A stretch of 64,000 nt of DNA from Minisyncoccia bacterium (lineage in GTDB: Bacteria; Patescibacteriota; Minisyncoccia; SW-4-49-11): assembly GCA_044341565.1 (NCBI GenBank), contig JBIIRM010000005.1, forward strand, positions 882 to 64,881, read 5' to 3'. Made by a program: the position numbers and the translations under genes. Numbering within the stretch: position 1 is the stretch's first letter; every line of letters begins with the position of its first letter. Positions 9,927 through 18,905 of the stretch are shown here, piece after piece. Below the pieces are notes generated by a model, which ran no database searches, was not told where the DNA came from, and saw nothing but the letters and a program-made list of their open reading frames with translations.

Positions 9927-10067
9927 AATTTACATTGTTGAAGAAAGATTGCTCTTTCTTGCTAATACTTTATCTCCTGTCGACCTGCCTAAGCCCAGGA
10001 TTAATATCAATATACCATATATGTCAAAATTTGTACAATATTATCCACAATTTAGAGAGTAATATAC

Positions 10068-11012
10068 TTATCCTACCAAGATATCTTGTAAATCTGAAAC
10101 TAAATCAAGAGCCTCTACTTTTGGTCTTTGGAAAGCATTTCTTCCCATAATAGTTCCAAAAGCTCCTCCTTCGCGAATAGCTTTTATCTCATCTTCTAAA
10201 GTTTCAGCATTGGTAAAATCTCCACCTGAATGTATAACAATACGATGTCCATTATAGGCAGCCTTCATAACAAGAGCTATTCTATTTTTGAGAGTTTTAG
10301 TATTAAGATTATCATAAATACCAAGTTTTTTATTAGATTCAAGTCCATATCCCTCAAGTGGAAGCTTTACCTTGATAATATGAGCCCCCAAACTAGCTCC
10401 AAGTGCTACAGCATAAGCAATAATATCTACTGCCCTCTCTTGTCCTTTAATCAATCCCTCTCCTCGAGGATATATCCATAATACGGTAATGAGTCCGGCT
10501 TTTCGGGCATCAACTATTAATTCTTTCGCTTGTTGTTCTATTTGATTACTATGTATTGATCCTGGATAAAGGGTAAACCCTACTGCCTCACATCCTAGTC
10601 TCACAGCATCTCCCACCCAAGAATGAATTGAGGGGCGGGGATTTTTCTCATCTGGTATCATTAAATTATGAGAATTTACTTTGAGAATAGTAGGTACATT
10701 ATGCCGAGCCAATACTTCAAAACCTCGCTCGAGGGAACCCAATGGAGCTGCAAAAGCATTAAATCCCCCATCTACAGCAAATTGTGCTTGCTCTAATGGG
10801 TCATACATAATAGGATTAGGTTCAAAGGCTCTTCCTGGTCCATGTTCAAGGATTTGATCAATAGGAAGTATCATCAATTTACCCGTACCTCCAATTCTTC
10901 CGTGATTCAGGATACGTAATAGATTTTTTTGTTGAGCTGGGGTATTAGTGCTACGATACCAAGAAATAATTTCCTCCATACGAGCTTTATGTTTTGGTTT
11001 TGTGGAAGGCAT
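10068..11012 (-). CDS. fbaB: Class I fructose-bisphosphate aldolase (FbaB/DhnA type)
   Basis: GTGKLMILPIDQ..EHGP, LGAHIIKVK Schiff-base Lys, IMGRNAFQRP. Confidence 0.9.
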   Translation of the reverse strand: MPSTKPKHKARMEEIISWYRSTNTPAQQKNLLRILNHGRIGGTGKLMILPIDQILEHGPGRAFEPNPIMYDPLEQAQFAVDGGFNAFAAPLGSLERGFEVLARHNVPTILKVNSHNLMIPDEKNPRPSIHSWVGDAVRLGCEAVGFTLYPGSIHSNQIEQQAKELIVDARKAGLITVLWIYPRGEGLIKGQERAVDIIAYAVALGASLGAHIIKVKLPLEGYGLESNKKLGIYDNLNTKTLKNRIALVMKAAYNGHRIVIHSGGDFTNAETLEDEIKAIREGGAFGTIMGRNAFQRPKVEALDLVSDLQDILVG

Positions 11013-11022
11013 AAAAATAGTT

Positions 11023-11709
11023 TTAGATATGTTCTTTTGATATTACATTATTTTCACTATCTAAATTATATACCAAAATATCTCCAATAGCAAACTCTAC
11101 CCCCTCAATTTCATTATCGGATAAATGGTCGAGATATTTTAATATAACTCTCAAAGTATTACCATGTAGGGATAATATGATTCGCTCATTATCTTGTAAT
11201 GCTGAAATAATATGTCCCTCCAAATAAGGGATTACTCGCTTATAGGCATCATCAAGGCTTTCTGTGCGGGGCAATAATTCTTTAGAGATAGAAATATATT
11301 TAGGATCAAAATAGGCATTACGAGGATCATCTAATTCCAATTCTGCTGGTCTAGTACAATATCCTCGACGATAATTATGTAATTGCTCCCAAGATAATTC
11401 ATCCAAAATATCTACCTTTGATTTACCTTGTAATTTTCCATAATGCCTTTCATTAAGACGCCAGTCTCGAGTTGTTGGGATATTAGTCTGCCCCATTTCC
11501 TCTAAAATAATATCCAATGTTATGATAGCCCGCTTCAAAACAGAGGTGTATGCTCTATTGAATACCAATCCTTTGGTCTTAAGTTTTTGTCCCATTAATC
11601 GAGCCTCCTCCACACCCTGAAGAGTTAAATCAACATCTGTCCAACCTGAGAATAAATTTTGTTTATTCCATAAGCTTTGTCCATGCCTTATTAATACTAA
11701 TTTCTTCAT
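11023..11709 (-). CDS. gpmA: 2,3-BPG-dependent phosphoglycerate mutase
   Basis: MKKLVLIRHGQSLWN..NLFSGWTDVDL, WRLNERHYGKLQG; start at 11709 overlaps xth stop. Confidence 0.93.
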   Translation of the reverse strand: MKKLVLIRHGQSLWNKQNLFSGWTDVDLTLQGVEEARLMGQKLKTKGLVFNRAYTSVLKRAIITLDIILEEMGQTNIPTTRDWRLNERHYGKLQGKSKVDILDELSWEQLHNYRRGYCTRPAELELDDPRNAYFDPKYISISKELLPRTESLDDAYKRVIPYLEGHIISALQDNERIILSLHGNTLRVILKYLDHLSDNEIEGVEFAIGDILVYNLDSENNVISKEHI

Positions 11710-12485
11710 TATTCTATATCTAATTCTAGTACTACTGGACAATGATCAGAACCATATACATCAGATAATATATAGGCGTCTTTTACTTTGTCTTTTAATA
11801 ATTCACTCACAAAAAAATAATCTATTCTCCACCCTACATTGCGGTCTCGAGCTCTAGTCTTCATATCCCACCACGTATATAATTCTGGCTTATCTGTTTT
11901 GAGCCTCAGAGTATCTGCGAACCCATATTCTTGAGTTAAGGTATCAAGCCAAGCTCGCTCTTCTGGTAGGAATCCTGAGGTTTTGAGATTGTCTTTTGGG
12001 CGAGCCAAATCTATTTCGGTATGAGCAGTATTCACGTCTCCCGTAATAATAATTTGCTTTGTGTGATAATCTATTCCTTTCAAGTATTGTAATAAAGCCT
12101 CATAGAATTTGAGTTTATAGCCAAGCCTCTCAACTCCAGAACCACCATTAGGAAAATAAATATTTATCAAAATAAATTTCTCATAAGTTGCAATTTGAAT
12201 TCTCCCCTCTTGATCAAATATATCATCGAGCTGAAATCCTGTTTGTATAGATATTGGCTCGGTTTTGGAATAAATAGCCACCCCACTATATCCCTTACGA
12301 ATACCTGATTCAAAATAAGAATTATACCCTGGAATATACAAAATATCATCAGTTAATTGCTCTCGATGAGATTTGGTCTCTTGCATACACAGAATATCTG
12401 GCTGATATTTTTCTAAGAAGGGCTGGAATAATTCCTTTCTTTGCAATGCCCGCAACCCATTTACATTCCACGATATTAATTTCAT
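11709..12485 (-). CDS. xth: Exodeoxyribonuclease III
   Basis: SWNVNGLRA, GDVNTAH, GWRIDYF, GSDHCPV. Confidence 0.95.
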   Translation of the reverse strand: MKLISWNVNGLRALQRKELFQPFLEKYQPDILCMQETKSHREQLTDDILYIPGYNSYFESGIRKGYSGVAIYSKTEPISIQTGFQLDDIFDQEGRIQIATYEKFILINIYFPNGGSGVERLGYKLKFYEALLQYLKGIDYHTKQIIITGDVNTAHTEIDLARPKDNLKTSGFLPEERAWLDTLTQEYGFADTLRLKTDKPELYTWWDMKTRARDRNVGWRIDYFFVSELLKDKVKDAYILSDVYGSDHCPVVLELDIE

Positions 12486-12668
12486 ATAATTTTATGACCT
12501 ATTGATACTATTGTATCATATAAATTAGATATTTAGAATGGGAGGGACGGAAGAGGATGTGCGTAAAGACAACCCTACAGTCGCCCAAAACTTTTATTCT
12601 TTGGTCACTAGCTATTGATAATATTAGAGAAATATGTTATATATCAAACGTTTCTATGGAGAATCATT

Positions 12669-13097
12669 ATGAATACTAACTTGGTAGAAATTACTCTTTT
12701 AATGAGACAATCTTTCTTTGAACTTCTAGAGCTTATTGAAGACAAGTATAAATTGACAAGGGCAGAAATAGTCCATATCTCTGTCGGTCTATATTCCAGG
12801 AATAGAATTGAATCAACAAAAAGAAATCGGTTAGCTTCAATAAGGCCTGATAATACTATTGTGAGAGTATATGAAGAAATTCCGAGTAATGACTTAACCG
12901 AATTAACTGAAATTATACTTTATGTACATCAATCTCTTGATAGTGCGCTACAAATACTTGCATATAGTGATAGAAAGACAAGGGCAGAAATAGTCCATGA
13001 ATCTGTACATCTATACGAAAAATATATGGCTGACTTAGCAAAAGGATATAGATTAGCTTCAATAAGGCCTGATAATTCTATTGAAACAATCTATTAA
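12669..13097 (+). CDS. Hypothetical protein with two tandem ribbon-helix-helix-like repeats
   Basis: TRAEIVH.SV.LY...RLASIRPDN occurs twice; identical DNA blocks gacaagggcagaaatagtccat and ttagcttcaataaggcctgataat; likely start MNTNL. Confidence 0.6.
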   Translation: MNTNLVEITLLMRQSFFELLELIEDKYKLTRAEIVHISVGLYSRNRIESTKRNRLASIRPDNTIVRVYEEIPSNDLTELTEIILYVHQSLDSALQILAYSDRKTRAEIVHESVHLYEKYMADLAKGYRLASIRPDNSIETIY

Positions 13098-13107
13098 GAT
13101 GCATACC

Positions 13108-13133
13108 CCCTCGTCTCCGGACGAGGGCTTTTT
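13108..13133 (+). terminator. Terminator of the RHH-repeat gene
   Basis: ccctcgtc-tccg-gacgaggg followed by T-tract. Confidence 0.75.
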
Positions 13134-13216
13134 CTTTTTCATAAAATCTATTTTTGTTATAAACTCAAATACTATGGGCGACTGAGAGGTCGTGAAGTTT
13201 TGTCTCCCTTTGGAGG
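13129..13216. repeat. Repeat B copy 1 (about 88 bp)
   Basis: tttttctttttcataaaatctatttttgtt...actgagaggt...gttttgtctccctttggagg, repeated at 14481-14569. Confidence 0.9.
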
Positions 13217-13295
13217 CTTTCGTCCCTCCTATATTTATTTAGGCGGGGGAGTCCCCGTAGGGGGAGGGTGGATTTGTTTTTAACATATTAAATAA

Positions 13296-13469
13296 TTAAA
13301 ACTCTATCCACCTCCGACCTGACGGCCACCTCCTCCAAAGGAGGACATGATAGAATTAGAACCCTCCGCTACAAAAACAATGTTGGCGGGGTGTCGCCAA
13401 ATCTACGAATGTTATACTAAAAAATCAATTTATGGTATAATCATTGTAGATAATAACTATAAAAGTATG
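13296..13469. repeat. Repeat A copy 1 (REP-like palindromes plus promoter and leader up to ATG)
   Basis: ttaaaactctatccacc...cctccaaaggaggaca...ttagaaccctccgctacaaaa...ggcggggtgtcgcc..tctac...aatttatggtataat...ATG; homologous to 13892-14067. Confidence 0.85.
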
Positions 13470-13883
13470 GAATTAAATAAATGGACTTTTTGGTGGATAT
13501 TATTAGTATATTTTGTTGTATCTCTTATTTTATTTATATCAACTTCTACTGGATTGAATCAGTTAGGTTGGCTTTTAATCCCTGGACTTATATATGCTAT
13601 AATTTTGCCAGTAGTATTACTAATAAATGTAAATATTGTTACAAAGGCAATAAAAATATCATGGGTATCTTTAATGCTTTTGTTAATAATTCAATCTATT
13701 ACACTGATTGCAAATTTAATTTATGATAGGTTACTCGAGACTAATGGTTTGGAGTATTGTCAAGGTAGTGAAATTTGTTCTAAGACATATTTACTTGAAA
13801 TATCTATTTGGATATATATTTTAGTATTGATTGCATTTATTATTCAAGTTTATTATAGTGGTTTTAAGAAAGTTTCTGAATAG
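13467..13883 (+). CDS. Small 4-TM hypothetical membrane protein (cassette 1)
   Basis: Likely start MELNKW after extended -10; very AT-rich; the ORF-track upstream extension lies in repeat A. Confidence 0.7.
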   Translation: MELNKWTFWWILLVYFVVSLILFISTSTGLNQLGWLLIPGLIYAIILPVVLLINVNIVTKAIKISWVSLMLLLIIQSITLIANLIYDRLLETNGLEYCQGSEICSKTYLLEISIWIYILVLIAFIIQVYYSGFKKVSE

Positions 13884-13891
13884 AAATCTAT

Positions 13892-14067
13892 TTAAAACTC
13901 TATATCCACCCCCGCCTTTCAGGCTTCCCCCTCCGAAGGGGGACAGAATAACATTAGAACCATCCACTACAAAATAAATTTCGGCGGGGGCGCCGACTCT
14001 ACAAAATATTTGTTTCTGAATAAATTTATGCTATGATTATTTTGGATAATAGTTATAATTCTATATG
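13892..14067. repeat. Repeat A copy 2
   Basis: ttaaaactctatatccaccccc...ccctccgaagggggaca...ttagaaccatccactacaaaa...ggcgggggcgccgactctac...aatttatgctatgat...ATG. Confidence 0.85.
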
Positions 14068-14367
14068 ATAAAAAACAATTTCAGAGTTTTCTTTGTATTA
14101 GTTATAGTATCTTTATTACCTATAATATTTAACTGGATAATTGTATGTATGTTACTTTTAATTCTTGATAGTTTTTATAATGAATATGTAACTTTTTTGG
14201 GATTAAATAGTCCAAATAAGAAAACCCTAAAATTTATCATGACTTGGGGAATGTCAATTTTAGTACCTTTATTTGCACTATTTATACAGACTTATCTAGA
14301 ATTTGAGCCTATAGTTAGATTGTGTTCATTAGGTTGGTGTGGACTACCATCTTGGGTTAATATATAA
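14065..14367 (+). CDS. Small hypothetical membrane protein (cassette 2)
   Basis: Hydrophobic 100-aa ORF starting exactly at the end of repeat A copy 2. Confidence 0.65.
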   Translation: MIKNNFRVFFVLVIVSLLPIIFNWIIVCMLLLILDSFYNEYVTFLGLNSPNKKTLKFIMTWGMSILVPLFALFIQTYLEFEPIVRLCSLGWCGLPSWVNI

Positions 14368-14425
14368 CATAATCTTGATAAGGTCGATACCTAGATAATT
14401 AAGTAATCTATATTTCAATTAAAAA

Positions 14426-14635
14426 TTAAAGCTCTATCCACCCCACTGGTTCACCTCCCCAACCCTTGGTCACTCAGGATTTTTTCTTTTTCATAAAATC
14501 TATTTTTGTTGTAAAACCCAACCACTACGAGCAACTGAGAGGTGGTGGAGTTTTGTCTCCCTTTGGAGGGAGGGTGTGGACTGAGCTTAGATTCCCCTCA
14601 AGAGGGGTGTCAGGCTTACCTGACGGGGTGGAGGT
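14426..14635. repeat. Partial repeat A, repeat B copy 2 and REP-like palindromes at the hisS 3' end
   Basis: ttaaagctctatccacccc (14426), repeat B (14481-14569), cccctc-aa-gagggg and gtcagg-ctta-cctgac hairpins. Confidence 0.8.
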
Positions 14636-14640
14636 AATTT

Positions 14641-15957
14641 TTACTCAATCTCCCCCAAATCCTCAAGCAATATAATTTCCTGCTCTCCTGATTTCATATT
14701 TTTGACCAATACTTCACCTGTCTTTGTCTCATCAGCTCCGAAGATTATAGCTTTAGTATAGCCTTTGCGATTAGCATATTGCAAAGCTTTTTTGAAATTG
14801 GTGATTTCTGGATATAGGTCAAAGGCTATTCCCTGTTCATCTCGGAGGGCAATAATTGACTTGATATCATCCTCCACAGTATCCTCATTTAATAAGAATA
14901 CTCCTATTTTGGTATTATCTCCATATTGAATTTCTTTGAACCAATCTTGTTCTCTCAAAATTCCAAATAGACGACTTACTCCAATAGAAGCCCCAAATCC
15001 GGTAATAGGTGTATCAATATAATGTGACACAAGATTATCATATCGCCCTCCTGAACAAATACTTCCGAAAGACTCTAACCCCTCAAGGAAACTCTCGAAT
15101 ACTGTTCCCGTATAATAATCCTGCCCTCTTACTATAGAGATGTCTATAACATAGCTTTTAACGTGAAATAACTCTAAATATTTAACAAATTCTTCAAGCT
15201 CTTGTACTCCTTCTGAAAAAAGAGATCCTGGTTTATTACACTGATTTTCTTTTAGTCTATTAATCACATCTTGATTAGTTCCTCCCCTATTTATGACTGG
15301 TGCTGCTGGTAAAATTGAAAGTATAGCTACTGTTTGTTCATGATTTAATACAATTTCTCTTAATGTTCTTGACCACTCTTTATAGGGAAGTTTAGAAATT
15401 TTATCTAAATGCCGAAGCACGGCTGATTTATTTTCAACCTTATATTCTTCCAATAATCCCGCAAGAATTTTACGATTACTGATTTTAAATGTAATAGCTG
15501 GTAATTCTAATATATCAACAGTATTCTGAATTACTGATAATATCTCAGCCTCAGCCAATCTACTATTATTACCCAATATATCAATATCAGCCTGATATAA
15601 TTCTCTATATCGACCCTTTTGTGGTTTTTCAGCTCGCCAGGATTTGCCAATTTGATATATTTTTGCGGGTAATACCATATTACGATTATGCTCAGCTATG
15701 TAGCGAGCTAATGGTACAGTCAAATCAAAGCGTAAACTCAAATCCCTATCTCCTTTTTGAAAACGATATATTTCTTTATCTAATTCTCCCCCAGCCTTAG
15801 CGAGAATAACCTCCGAATATCCAATAGAAGCAGTCTCTATAGGGGTGAATCCCGCATGTTCATATTCTTCTCGAATAGTATCTAATATATGATTAAATTT
15901 CACCTGCTCTTCAGGAGTATATTCAATAAATCCAGATGGTAATTGGAATTTTGGCAT
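14641..15957 (-). CDS. hisS: Histidine--tRNA ligase
   Basis: LRFDLTVPLARY, RAEKPQKGRYRE, RGQDYYTGTVFE, SGGRYDNL. Confidence 0.97.
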   Translation of the reverse strand: MPKFQLPSGFIEYTPEEQVKFNHILDTIREEYEHAGFTPIETASIGYSEVILAKAGGELDKEIYRFQKGDRDLSLRFDLTVPLARYIAEHNRNMVLPAKIYQIGKSWRAEKPQKGRYRELYQADIDILGNNSRLAEAEILSVIQNTVDILELPAITFKISNRKILAGLLEEYKVENKSAVLRHLDKISKLPYKEWSRTLREIVLNHEQTVAILSILPAAPVINRGGTNQDVINRLKENQCNKPGSLFSEGVQELEEFVKYLELFHVKSYVIDISIVRGQDYYTGTVFESFLEGLESFGSICSGGRYDNLVSHYIDTPITGFGASIGVSRLFGILREQDWFKEIQYGDNTKIGVFLLNEDTVEDDIKSIIALRDEQGIAFDLYPEITNFKKALQYANRKGYTKAIIFGADETKTGEVLVKNMKSGEQEIILLEDLGEIE

Positions 15958-15968
15958 AATGCATTACT

Positions 15969-16424
15969 CTAAGACAATACTTCTAATACTTGCTCGGCAT
16001 GCTTCAAAGGATTAACCTTTTTAAAATGTTGTATAAGCTTACCATCCTCATCGATAAGGAATGTATCTCGCTGTATACCCATATATTTTTTCCCAAACAT
16101 TGACTTCTCTTTCCAAACTCCATATTCCTCTACTACTTTTTTATCTGTATCGGCTAAAAGAGGGAAGTTGAGATTATGTTTTTCTACGAATTTCTTATGG
16201 GACTTTACATCATCAACACTTACTCCGAGCACCACAATCCCCTTTGCTTCAAGATCATTCATAGAATCACGCATACCCTCTGCCTGAACCGTGCATCCAG
16301 GAGTCATATCTTTTGGATAAAAGTATAATACTACCTTTTTACCCCGATATTGTGACAACGTATGAGACTTCCCATCTTGATCTTGTAGCGTAAAATCTGG
16401 TGCTAATTCTCCAACTGTAGGCAT
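15969..16424 (-). CDS. bcp: Peroxiredoxin Bcp/PrxQ
   Basis: YFYPKDMTPGCT motif. Confidence 0.95.
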   Translation of the reverse strand: MPTVGELAPDFTLQDQDGKSHTLSQYRGKKVVLYFYPKDMTPGCTVQAEGMRDSMNDLEAKGIVVLGVSVDDVKSHKKFVEKHNLNFPLLADTDKKVVEEYGVWKEKSMFGKKYMGIQRDTFLIDEDGKLIQHFKKVNPLKHAEQVLEVLS

Positions 16425-16478
16425 ATATATATTCTTAAACTATTATATATACTAGCATATTATTAGTATCAATACAAT

Positions 16479-17588
16479 CTAAAAAGCCGAGGTAGGTGGA
16501 GTGAAATTTGCTGTATAACGAGCAATACCTTTTGTAATTCTCAATTCATCAATATAGATACCAGCAGGAGCTGACCACCCCGTTCCAGACCAAGGACTCA
16601 ATCCAATCAGTAAAGGATCAGTAGTTATAACCGTAGGAGTTGCATTAACAGTTGTTTGCAAGATACCATTTAAATAGAATCTATGTGTATCACCTGATCT
16701 ACAGATAGCTACATGATACCACGTATTAGGTGACGGGGTAGGCTGTCCTACATCAGCCCCCGTAAATGTAGTCCCCGATGAGTTGGTAGGATAATATCTC
16801 AGATCGTTCCCACCGTAGTACATAAGTGCAAACTCTGTGTTAATATAGGGATTACCCTTGGTAACAACCATCCCCCCAGAAGATCCAGTTGTCAGGTACA
16901 TAAATAGCTCAATTGTATAATCAACATTTCCAATTTGTAGCGCTGTACTACTTGGTATGGATAAATAGGAATTACTATTTGGAATATATCCACTAGCCCC
17001 ACCAAATCTACTTTGGGTCGTACTAGTTTGCATACCATTAAATGCTGTAGATATATGTGCATTATTACTTCTATCAGTAAAGGTTGTACCTCCATTTGCC
17101 CCATCAAAATTAAATAGCAAAGAAACATTCTCAAAATAAGGATCACTTGGTCCTGTACTGGTTACAACATTCCCCCCACTTCCACTTATTGCTATTGTTG
17201 ATCCTAATTCTGCTTCTGATGCTCTTACTCTTACTCTACTATCTACTATTCCTATCTTATAACTTATTCCACTTGGATCTTCTGGTATACCTGCTACATA
17301 ATCTGGTACCAATACTCCTAGATTTACACATCCTGTCGTATTATTATTTATACATATATCTTGCTCTGTCTCTGTTATACCTACTGGATATCCTTGATTA
17401 TCTATTAGATATTGTTCTAATGCTTTATATAGCGTATTTACTTCTGATCTTCTCTCTGCATTCCTTGCTTGGGCTAATTGTTTATTTGGGTTTATGGCTA
17501 TCAATACTATTGCTGCCAATATCCCTATTGCAGCTATTACCAGAAGTACCTCTAATAATGTAAAACCTTTTTGTTTTTCTCCTCTCAT
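16479..17588 (-). CDS. Type IV pilin fused to a LamG/concanavalin-like jelly-roll domain
   Basis: KG|FTLLEVLLVIAAIGILAAIVLIAINPNKQLAQARN; C-terminal DPYFENVSLLFNFDG...WYHVAICRSG...YIDELRITKGIARYTANFTPPT. Confidence 0.88.
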   Translation of the reverse strand: MRGEKQKGFTLLEVLLVIAAIGILAAIVLIAINPNKQLAQARNAERRSEVNTLYKALEQYLIDNQGYPVGITETEQDICINNNTTGCVNLGVLVPDYVAGIPEDPSGISYKIGIVDSRVRVRASEAELGSTIAISGSGGNVVTSTGPSDPYFENVSLLFNFDGANGGTTFTDRSNNAHISTAFNGMQTSTTQSRFGGASGYIPNSNSYLSIPSSTALQIGNVDYTIELFMYLTTGSSGGMVVTKGNPYINTEFALMYYGGNDLRYYPTNSSGTTFTGADVGQPTPSPNTWYHVAICRSGDTHRFYLNGILQTTVNATPTVITTDPLLIGLSPWSGTGWSAPAGIYIDELRITKGIARYTANFTPPTSAF

Positions 17589-17655
17589 AAGAGTTGTTTT
17601 TATTTATAATTATATTTTTATGATATCACAAAATTATTTTTTGTGATATCATATT

Positions 17656-18159
17656 TTATTTTATTAATTCTTTTTTACATCTTCGATAATCAGGACAATA
17701 TTGAGCAACAATATTCCAAAATCTCACAGAATGATTCATCTCTACCAAATGAGCAAGCTCATGTATTACCACATAATCCATCAATTCAGACTCCAGAAAC
17801 ATAAGCCGATAAGAAAAATTGAGATTACGCTTACTGGAACAACTACCCCAACGAGTAGTAGTATGCCGTATGCTCAAGCGATTATAGCTAAGCCCCATCA
17901 CCTCTGACCAATATACTACTCTAGCGGTAATAATAATTCTCGCCCTATCCCTATGTTCTTTGTAATGTTGCTCAGTATATATATTCTTAGGAATAGTGGC
18001 TAATTTTTCTCGTATCCAATCCCGCTTAGACTCTACAAATTGCTTGGCAATATATTGGGGCACTCTTGGGGGAATAGTGACAATAACTTCACGATTCGCA
18101 TTGATACGAATACTCACTCGTTTTGTTTTATTGGATTTTTTAATCGTATATGCTACCAT
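17656..18159 (-). CDS. YgjP/DUF45 (SprT-like) zinc metallopeptidase
   Basis: RWGSCS, YVVIHELAHLVEMNHS..FW. Confidence 0.9.
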   Translation of the reverse strand: MVAYTIKKSNKTKRVSIRINANREVIVTIPPRVPQYIAKQFVESKRDWIREKLATIPKNIYTEQHYKEHRDRARIIITARVVYWSEVMGLSYNRLSIRHTTTRWGSCSSKRNLNFSYRLMFLESELMDYVVIHELAHLVEMNHSVRFWNIVAQYCPDYRRCKKELIK

Positions 18160-18189
18160 ATATTTAGTATATCATGTATCTATATTCTT

Positions 18190-18714
18190 ATGAGTGAATC
18201 ATTTGAAAAAATGTTAACAGGTGGACACCCAAACTCACTGGGACGAACATTAGAGGTGGTAGAATTAATACTTCAAGATAAAAAAAGAGTAGCTGAATTA
18301 TTAGACACCTATTCATCATCAGATGAAGTAGTAAGACTGCGTATTTCTAATGCCCTAAAACGCATATGCAAAGAACATCCAGACTGGATATATCCATACA
18401 CCGATATATTACTCTCAAAAATTGCTAAAATTAATCAAGCATCCACCCAATGGACTTTAGCTACCCTATTTCGATTATTATCATCCTCCTTAACTACCGA
18501 TCAAAAAGACCTTGCCATACAACATCTCAAACATAATCTGGATACTCATAGTGATTGGATTGTAATCAATACCACTATGGAAACATTATTCACTTGGGGC
18601 AAAGATAATCCCCCATTAGCTGAATGGCTTATTCCAAGACTTAAAAAATTCCAACAAGATACCCATAAATCAATATCCGGAAGGGCAACTAAATACCTTA
18701 TAGCCTTATCTTGA
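18190..18714 (+). CDS. HEAT/ARM-repeat hypothetical protein
   Basis: Likely start MSESFEKMLTGGHPNSLGRT; helical repeats. Confidence 0.7.
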   Translation: MSESFEKMLTGGHPNSLGRTLEVVELILQDKKRVAELLDTYSSSDEVVRLRISNALKRICKEHPDWIYPYTDILLSKIAKINQASTQWTLATLFRLLSSSLTTDQKDLAIQHLKHNLDTHSDWIVINTTMETLFTWGKDNPPLAEWLIPRLKKFQQDTHKSISGRATKYLIALS

Positions 18715-18739
18715 CTATATCTCTCTTATTCGGTACAAT
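18711..18739 (+). promoter_or_regulatory. Sigma70 promoter for the tRNA-Asn locus
   Basis: TTGACT-17 bp-TACAAT. Confidence 0.7.
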
Positions 18740-18774
18740 ATACAAGTACCTTGCAAATCTAATTCCGCGATAGC

Positions 18775-18900
18775 TTTTACCTCAAAACTGTCCCTTCTCG
18801 CAAAGAAGCCAGAGAATTAGAAAAAAAGTTAAAATCAGGACAAGGAAAAGAATATCTCAAATCAATTATGATTAAGAAATTCAATCTAAATTCTGACTAG
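18775..18900 (+). pseudogene. C-terminal remnant of a small GIY-YIG nuclease
   Basis: Start-less frame FYLKTVPSRKEARELEKKLKSGQGKEYLKS...*, lying between a copy of the tRNA-Asn 5' end (18760-18775) and the intact tRNA. Confidence 0.65.
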
Positions 18901-18905
18901 ATAAT

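Noticed and set aside
13129-14635. CRISPR array or classical integron
   Set aside because: Repeats are long, degenerate and separated by whole genes. No cas genes or intI are present and I could not identify attC R-box ends.
14466-14675. 69-aa ORF, and the 13347-13466 N-terminal extension of cassette 1
   Set aside because: Both are translations of palindromic repeat DNA.
16479-17588. Diversity-generating retroelement target or prophage
   Set aside because: No reverse transcriptase, template/variable repeat pair or phage structural genes are visible in the window.
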